From Octopus sinensis (taxonomy: Eukaryota), in the NCBI RefSeq assembly GCF_006345805.1, contig NC_043010.1, positions 36,704,001 to 36,768,000 on the forward strand: 64,000 nt of DNA, read 5' to 3'. Position 1 is the first letter of the stretch. The number at the start of each line of letters is the position of its first letter. Position numbers and translations under genes: made by a program. Shown here one piece after another: positions 55,381 to 64,000 of the stretch. The notes beneath the pieces are model-generated. The model saw only the letters and a list, made by a program, of their open reading frames with translations. It ran no database searches and had not been told where the DNA came from.

Positions 55381-57517
55381 ACGTATATGTTCAACTTGGG
55401 CACTTGTAATACGGCATCTGTTAGAAATACATGGGCAGTAGCATAGGAATGGGGGGATGCTGCACAGGGTTTGGGGGGAGGGGCAGGAGAGAACCAATGA
55501 GAACAGGGAGAAACAAGAAGGTGGAAAGATAGGAAGTGCCAAGTGGAGGTAGAATACAACTACGACAACTATTGCAGCACGAGAAATACACATACACACA
55601 CACGTATATGCATGTGTTTGATATTTATGTAAATAATAATAATAATCAATACACACATACAACAATAATAAAATCTGAAAGAAAATGTGATATCTCATCA
55701 ACAAGAATTGAATAGCATTCAAATTGCCTGTCGGCGAGGCAAGTGATATAATTCAATTTACATTGTTGAGGTATTGTTACATTTTCTTTATTCTCCTTCA
55801 TCTCATATATGTATATTGATCCATACCATTTACATATTATTTACATAAATTATTCACTGAAACAATCAATTGTGAAATAAATGGAGACAAAACACTTAAC
55901 ACTGTTTTTGAACAGCATTAATAGAAACTATATTTGAGTCTGTTCTGCAGTTATTTTATACATGTAAAATTTGCTTTGATAAGTAGTGGCAAGCCATATT
56001 TGAGCACTTTTCTTCTGAATCGAATCATTGAAATTTGTTTATTTTCGCATGTATTATCTATTTTAAAGCTATTCAGCTGATAAAAATTTGAAAGAAAAAC
56101 AAAAAAGAAGAAACACCTCAAACACACTAAAAAAAAAAACTGTTTCAAAATGTAAGTTCTCACAATCTTTTGGTGACAATTTTTGGGTAGCATCACATTT
56201 CATAGACAACAGGATGCTGTCTTGACTAAGTGGAATCTCTACACCTCGAGACTTTTTGACTGCCCAATTAGTTGCTGGTATATTAATAACACCGCAAGTC
56301 ACAATTGTGACGTACCCACTTACATATCTCTAATGGTAAAATAGTGTACCCTGCTAAAATATCTATAATGGTATCATTGTAGACAAATGTACCCCCAGTC
56401 AAATCACAGCAATGAATGCAGACAAGTGTTCCCTGCTCAAATATTTGCAATGGCACAGATGCTGCCTTCACATTTTAGATTGAGTATGAAAAAAAAAAAT
56501 ATTAAAAAGACAGCCAAATCTTCCCCAAACAATAACTAGCCAATGTTCTGTCTCACATCCACCTTTCTCTCCTATTGTTGCTAGAGCAGATGCTGTTTCA
56601 TTAAATAAGCAAACTAAAGTACAACTCCTACGTCAGCACAATACATCTGCCTCTCTTTCTCTCATCCTCTCTACCACACCTCATTCCTTACATACACCTT
56701 CCCAATCCTTTCTTCTTCAAATTGCAACTTTTTACAATACTCTTCCTATCCACATTTGTTTTTCCCTGGGAGCTGTATCTTTATAGAAAATCTTTAGATG
56801 ATAGACTTAATTCATCACCCAGTTTAATAACCACACACACCCCAACACCATGATCTTGGGTGCCTTGATGCATCATTTCCTATTACAAAAAACTAATGTG
56901 TTGTTGAGGATGACAAAAATCCATCCTTTGCACCTCTACACTCTCAGAGACACTACAAAAGGTTGTGTGAGGCCCTGTCTTGCACAAACCAAGCAATAAA
57001 ATAGATTTTTTTTTTTTTTTTGAAACTAAACATCACTAAACATCAAAAGCATGGTTGAGAGGGCCTGCAAGAGCTATAGATACAGGCCCTTTTTACTGGA
57101 TTAAATAATAATAAAATAATTAATAATAAAATATGGGGTGGCAAGAGCAAGGAGCACAACTGCTGTTGATGAGGTCTTTAACCAAATTATCTCCTATGTT
57201 TGCCATAAAAAAATTTAAAACAAAGCCAAGGACAGGTAGTCACCTGGGGGCCCGTGACAAGGACAAAAACATAACAGATAAAGGGATCAGACTGCAATAA
57301 GAAAGTGGGTTATGCCAGCATATGTGTCCATGCACATGAATACACGCATGCAACTTAATTTCTGCATTGAAGAATACAAAAGAAAAAAAAAACTATATGA
57401 AGAAAAATCAAAACCAGTACAAGTAACTAATGTTTTGCTACACATCAATGTGGAAACGCCTCAGCATTGCCGCCACCAGAGCCTCACCAGATACAACAAC
57501 AAGAACAACGCAGGCTA

Positions 57518-57676
<159 letters not shown>

Positions 57677-58708
57677 TCATGATTAATTATTTTCAAAATC
57701 ATTTAACACATTATGTACATTAAGCCTTTAAGCATTTAAACCGGTCATATCTGGCCAAAATATTCTACTTGTTTTTATGTGCTAACTGGCCCGATCTGAC
57801 CTCTCACAACAACTCTACAATATCATTCTAAAAATTAGCGGTTAGCCCGTCAATATTTCAGAGCCACAAGATAATGCATGATTAATTCAAAACAACATGA
57901 ATAAATAAGCATTACTTTTGACACTGATCTGAATGCTAATGGGTTACTCTATACACATGTTTATTTACAAGTACGTGTGTATGTAAGCATGTATTTGCAA
58001 GTGTATGCTCATGTACATATATATAAGTGTGTGTGTCATTATTATTTTAAAATCTACTTTTCATCTCTTGCAAGACGCACACACTGACATGCTTACACAC
58101 ACAAAAGGCTGTGGAGCCTAATACAGTCTATTGTTTTTTTTTATTTTTTACTGCCTAACTCCCAGGAATCCAATATGTAACCGACTCCTAAATGTAAACA
58201 GTAATGTAATAAATTAGCATTCCCAATTTCTCAAATGCTAATTTGTTTTCTGCACCGAAAATAATCGAATCAAATGCAAGGACTTCTAACAAACAACTAA
58301 TAGAAACAGGTCTGAATCTAAGAAGATTAGAGAAAACTTTGTATTTTTGATATAAGCCCTATTTAATCGATTAAATACAGTGATTCTAAGATATTTTTTA
58401 CAGGGATAAACTTTCCAATCTTTCACAATAAACAATTTTAATATCATTTAATGCTGTTATGTTACATTCCTTTAAATTTCATATCTAAACAATGCTTTGA
58501 TCTTGAAAAGCAGAATCTATATATATATAATGATAAATATCAAAGTGAGTTATATACAGTAGCGGTAACACATCGTGACGTATTTTTGCCATTTCAATAT
58601 GGCTAACCCCTAAGGGTGGATGCTACTGTAGTTTTTAGCCCCAGGAGGACACACTATCTGTGTCCTGTCAGTATTTGCAAAGGGAAGTCATCCTTCCCGT
58701 CTTCAACT

Positions 58709-58769
58709 TATGATACACACGGACTCGAGTTTCGAGGTATTGACCTCTCGTCAGCGTGTGACAATCATA
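58709..58769 (-). ncRNA. Minimal type I hammerhead ribozyme (copy A, sense to the CtBP pre-mRNA); predicted cleavage between 58722 and 58721
   Basis: Exact reverse complement of the copy B core (cacacggactcgagtttcgaggtattgacctctcgtcagcgtgtg). Confidence 0.9.
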
Positions 58770-58982
58770 GTTGTCGCCGAGAATTAGATTTCCTTCACAA
58801 ATACTTATACTTTTTCCAGCGTCCACTGTCGCTGATATTGAAAAAGTGAAATCAAACAATGATAAATATCAAAGTGATATTTGATATTTATCATTGTTTG
58901 ATTTCACTTTTTCAATATCAGCGAAGTGGACGCTGGAAAAAGTATAAGTATTTGTGAAGGAAATCTAATTCTCGGCGACAAC

Positions 58983-59043
58983 TATGATTGTCACACGCTG
59001 ACGAGAGGTCAATACCTCGAAACTCGAGTCCGTGTGTATCATA
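58983..59043 (+). ncRNA. Minimal type I hammerhead ribozyme (copy B); predicted cleavage after C59030
   Basis: cacacg-CTGACGA-gagg(tcaata)cctc-GAAA-c(tcga)g-TC-cgtgtg. All conserved core nucleotides and the G10.1-C11.1 pair are present; stem I extends via tatgat/atcata. Confidence 0.92.
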
Positions 59044-59335
59044 AGTTGAAGACGGGAAGGATGACTTCCCTTTGCAAATACTGACAGGACACAGATAGTG
59101 TGTCTATGGCCAGCTGGAGGAGTGTGTCCTCCTGGGGCTAAAAACTACAGTAGCATCCACCCTTAGGGGTTAGCCATATTGAAATGGCAAAAATACGTCA
59201 CGATGTGTTACCGCTACTGTATATAACTCACTTTGATATTTATCATTGTCTGATTTCACTTTTTCAATATCAGCGACAGTGGACGCTGGAAAAAGTATAA
59301 GTATTTGTGAAGGAAATCTAATTCTCGGCGACAAC

Positions 59336-59396
59336 TATGATTGTCACACGCTGACGAGAGGTCAATACCTCGAAACTCGAGTCCGTGTGTATCATA
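59336..59396 (+). ncRNA. Minimal type I hammerhead ribozyme (copy C); predicted cleavage after C59383
   Basis: Core sequence identical to copy B, 353 nt downstream. Confidence 0.92.
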
Positions 59397-59550
59397 AGGT
59401 GAAGACGGGAAGGATGACTTCCCTTTGCAAATACTGACAGGACACAGATAGTGTGTCTATGGCCAGCTGGAGGAGTGTGTCCTCCTGGGGCTAAAAACTA
59501 CAGTAGCATCCACCCTTAGGGGTTAGCCATATTGAAATGGCAAAAATACG

Positions 59551-59612
<62 letters not shown>

Positions 59613-59615
<3 letters not shown>

Positions 59616-59948
59616 TTTATTTGCTTCAGTCATTTGACTGTGGCCATGCTGCAGCACTGCCTATTAGTCGAACAAATCGATCCCAGGACCTATTCTGTCG
59701 GTCTTTTTTGCCAAACCACTAAGTTATGGGGATGTAAACACACCAGTATCAGTTGTCAAGCAATGGTGGGGGACAAACACAGACACATATATATGTGTGT
59801 GTATGTATTTCTTTCAGTTTCCGTCTACCAAATCCCCTCACAAAGCTTTGGTTGGCCTGAGGAGACACTTTCCCAAGGTGCCACGCAGTGGGACTTAACC
59901 CAGAACCATGTGGTTGGTAAGCAAGCCACTTACCACAAAGCCACTCCT
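59613..59948 (-). mobile_element. SINE family 2, directly after the (TA)n flanking the hammerhead element
   Basis: Similarity to other copies. Confidence 0.8.
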
Positions 59949-60338
59949 ATGTTATTGATGCACTGGTTTTGCAGACAGAAGCTCTTTCTGCTACTATTCC
60001 TCACCTGCCACCCAAATTCTGCCATTTCCTCCAAATAAAGGATCTCTTATTCTACATGTTTTTCAAGAAAGAAAGCCAGTGAATGAATTTGTGAGAGAGG
60101 AAGGAACGAGGTCTTCATATGCAGCTCAGTGATTTTTTAGAAGTGCAAATAGAAGCATGCACACTGGTTTCTTTCTAGTTTCCATCTACCAAATCCATTT
60201 CACTTAGCTTTTGTTGAGTAATGTTATAGAAGATGATTGCTCAACTTGAAACCACATGGTTTGGGAGAGAACTTCTTGACCACACACCATAGTGTGTGTA
60301 CACAAAGGAAGAGGCAGGAAGCATCTATAGTTTAATAA

Positions 60339-60370
<32 letters not shown>

Positions 60371-60435
60371 AACAAAAATAAAAACATCTCATATATATAG
60401 ACCTAACTCAAATTATGTACTGATATGGAATTTAA

Positions 60436-60656
60436 CCCTTTAGAGTTCAGATTACTCTGTTAAATGTAATACTTTTTTCACTCGAATTGTTTTGAATTAA
60501 TCATACATTATCTTACAGCTTTGAAGTTTCAATGGTGTGATAGCTTATTCTTAGAATGTCAATGTCGGTTAGGTGTGAGGGGCTGGATATGGCCAGTTTG
60601 AATGTAAAACATGTAGGATATTTGGGCCGGATATGGCCGGCTTAAACACCAAAGGG
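60436..60656. mobile_element. piggyBac-type MITE (family P2); degenerate relatives near 32250-32405, 43518-43693 and 57720-57945
   Basis: TTAA|CCCTTTAG ... CAAAGGG|TTAA. Confidence 0.8.
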
Positions 60657-60822
60657 TTAAAGATATAACAGTACGAACATATGTAACAAAAAAACATAGT
60701 GTTAGGTAAGAGATATTTATTTATTATTCATTCAGGAACAAGTTAATGTTTGTTATTTACCATAACCGAAGACAAGCTTTGAAATCTTAAATATTTTAGA
60801 CTACAACAAACTTTAAGAATCA

Positions 60823-61149
<327 letters not shown>

Positions 61150-61474
61150 TTAAAAGAAAAAAAAAATATACATGAACCGCAACTCTATAAGAAAACAGCA
61201 TTTAGTCACAATTATCTCCCTTAGCCACTTTGTTAAAACGAGAAACAATTTTCCTGTTAGGATAAATATTCACTAAGCTGTTTCTCTTATGACAAGAGTG
61301 CGGAATAATGAACTGAATAAACTCAAGCGCAATTTTGTAGCAATACGAAATTATTCATAACCAATTTCGAATTTCATAAATATTACTTTTTGATTATTTT
61401 AAAATCAAATAAGCATATGGGCCCAAATTTAATAAATAAAATTGTAATAGACATGGCTTTCCTAAAACTATTAT

Positions 61475-61745
61475 CATACTCTGTTGAGTCTGGGGAGAGT
61501 CATTTTCTCTTTGTGCCTTATAATTTAACACACTCACTGGTAAAATTTCCACTCATTTCTTATTTTTATTTTCCTAAAATTTTCGTTGCGTCTTGCAACC
61601 TTTTCAATAGTCCTGACTATTGAAAAGGTTGCAAGACGCAACGAAAATTTTAGGAAAATAAAAATAAGTGGAAATTGTACCGGTGAGTGTGTTAAATTAT
61701 AAGGCACAAAAAGAAAATGACTCTCCCCAGAGACAACAGAATATG
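61475..61745. repeat. Near-perfect palindrome (arms ~135 bp, 2-nt spacer)
   Basis: ...tcttgcaaccttttcaatagtc-ct-gactattgaaaaggttgcaaga...; outer arms catactctgttgagtctggggagagtc and gactctccccagagacaacagaatatg. Confidence 0.92.
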
Positions 61746-62869
61746 CTTCAACACACGAACTCACATAAAGAATCTTGCAAACCAAATTCCAAACCGAAAT
61801 ATTATCATGCCGTTTCGTTATTAGGCCACATAACCTTTACCCTTCAATCAATGAGCACTACAACCACAGGTACATTTAGCACAGTTTTCGCTTGCAAGTA
61901 TCCTGGCCAGATTCTCAGCAGGGGGTAACTTCACTTCATGACATGGTCATACCCTCTGCACATTCCTAGATATGTTAAAAATCTAAAACCACTGTACCTG
62001 CACCATCCTCTTCCCACTTCTCTAACATCCAGGGACTCCAATCTAACCTACACACTATACACACCGTCACATGTTAACATGCAAAACATTCATCTCGCTC
62101 CTGTCCTATACACAAGCTGCTCAGGCCTAGTCTTTCACTGCCATCCAGGCTTCACACTTTACTAAAATTTCATACTGAAAGATGACGTCTGCACAGTTGT
62201 GGCCAAAAGTTTGGAACATAGGAAATTACCACAGCTGACTTGGGAGTATGCAGCAAATTTTCCATAACAGTTTGGGCCTTCATACCTTTGACCCAGTAAA
62301 ACATCCAGAATGTACTAGCAGAAGATACTCATTTCAGCTGAACAGAATAGAGCAACATCAAGTGTTTTTCTCAAGAAACACAATCTGACTGCCCAGTCTA
62401 TAAATTGAACCTCAGACCTTATGGTCATAAATTGAATACCATAGCCACAGCTGCCAGGTATAACACCAAGTGCATGACAGTAAAAGTAAAAGCCTGATGG
62501 TTCACGACAAGATTCAGTGTTCATTCTAAACCACTCTCTACCACAAAATACACATTCTGACTCTGACTGTGACAATCCATCCAGTGAAAGTTCACTCTAT
62601 TGATTCTAATTTTGCTCTCAACCAAAGCACTGAATATGACTAACTCTTTCTTCAATTGCCATGCCTACAAGTGTCGGCAATCACAGACCACTATGCTAAA
62701 GTATGAAGATTCATGATTTTTCTATGGAAACCCAAGTCAAAAAAATAATCACCCTTTGTTGTAGATCACATGGTCAAGGTGTTCAAAATTTTACTATACA
62801 ATTACTACTACTATTGATCCTAGCTACTCATCATTATCATCCAGTATTTTAAATCCAGGGTTTGTCCTC

Positions 62870-63120
62870 ATTAATGGGGGTGGTCGGATTTATATCAATG
62901 CCATAGCAACCGCCCTCACACCATCTCACCCAGTTTTGGGTGTCCTCCCTTCTCAAACCAACCCTCCTAATCTTCTCCTCCACCTGTCCCCTCCATGTCT
63001 TCTCGCTTTTGCAGTCCATTTACCTCAAACTCAAGCACTCTCCTCAGAACATGCTCCTCATCCCTCCTCAACACATGCCCATACCACTGGACTCCATTCG
63101 CCCTTGCTAGCCATTCCAGG
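62870..63120 (-). mobile_element. Decayed RTE-type LINE 3' fragment (a second, weaker fragment lies at ~61870-62200)
   Basis: Degenerate WYGHV.R...KTW-like C-terminal segment with stops. Confidence 0.45.
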
Positions 63121-63271
63121 TACAATATTTTGTTGCACTGTTAGTCTGTCTGTCTGACAAGAGAAAGCCACTATGAGGTTCTGCTAGCAAGAAATATTGG
63201 CTAAATATCACACATAGTATAGTTCAAGGTACCTTTTAAAAAGTGGGATGGTAATATTTAGAAAACCCTTA

Positions 63272-63670
<399 letters not shown>

Positions 63671-64000
63671 TTAATAACCACAACATTCACAGACCCTTTT
63701 AAACTGGTAACATTGGTACATTTCATGCCCAGTTTCAACATATGCAGGTGACATGAGGGATGTAACATGATCTCTAGCTAAGTCATTTGACTTCACTTGT
63801 TCTATTAATAGGGAAAAGTATGCTAGCCTCCAACTAATCAAAATGAAATAGCAGTAACTTTTTTTCTTTTTAAGATAATAGCATCCTCAACCACAAAGAT
63901 AAATAGTTACCTGATGCCTCAGTTGGCTAAACTATCAGAAGTGATTTTTGTTAAGATCTAGTAATTAATAAATAACACACAGAGGATCTAGCAATAAAGA

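Larger units (their letters stand above)
58529..59554. mobile_element. Hammerhead-ribozyme-bearing retrozyme / Penelope pseudo-LTR-like insertion: unit A inverted (58529-58872), units B and C in tandem (58881-59554)
   Basis: About 99% identical copies of a 329/353-nt unit, each with an intact hammerhead core, flanked on both sides by (TA)n. Confidence 0.85.

Noticed and set aside
58668-59437. Repeated 63-aa ORFs (MFDFTFSISATVDAGK...)
   Set aside because: They overlap the hammerhead in a repeated non-coding unit, and I recognise no protein motif.

Overview
AT-rich, microsatellite- and SINE-dense animal genomic DNA; the repeat families look like those of octopus/cephalopods (inference). One protein-coding gene is well supported: the 3' part of CtBP (C-terminal binding protein) on the minus strand. 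It has six coding exons from 63615 down to the stop at 31198, all with GT-AG phase-1 junctions; the 5' exons lie beyond the window. The rest is mobile and repetitive DNA: two decayed mariner elements, an internally deleted pogo element, Tc1/pogo-type and piggyBac-type MITEs, a non-autonomous Helitron, RTE-type LINE fragments and several SINE families, including a dense same-strand array at 19-22.7 kb. Almost all ORFs in the supplied track are microsatellite artefacts. The most striking feature is a ~1 kb near-identical insertion in a CtBP intron (58529-59554). It has three copies of a ~330-353 nt unit, one inverted against two tandem copies, and each copy carries an intact minimal type I hammerhead ribozyme with a palindromic stem III. 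This is the architecture of a non-LTR retrozyme or Penelope-type pseudo-LTR element, and it predicts a 353-nt self-cleaved (circular) RNA. Two further long fold-back repeats lie in CtBP introns.
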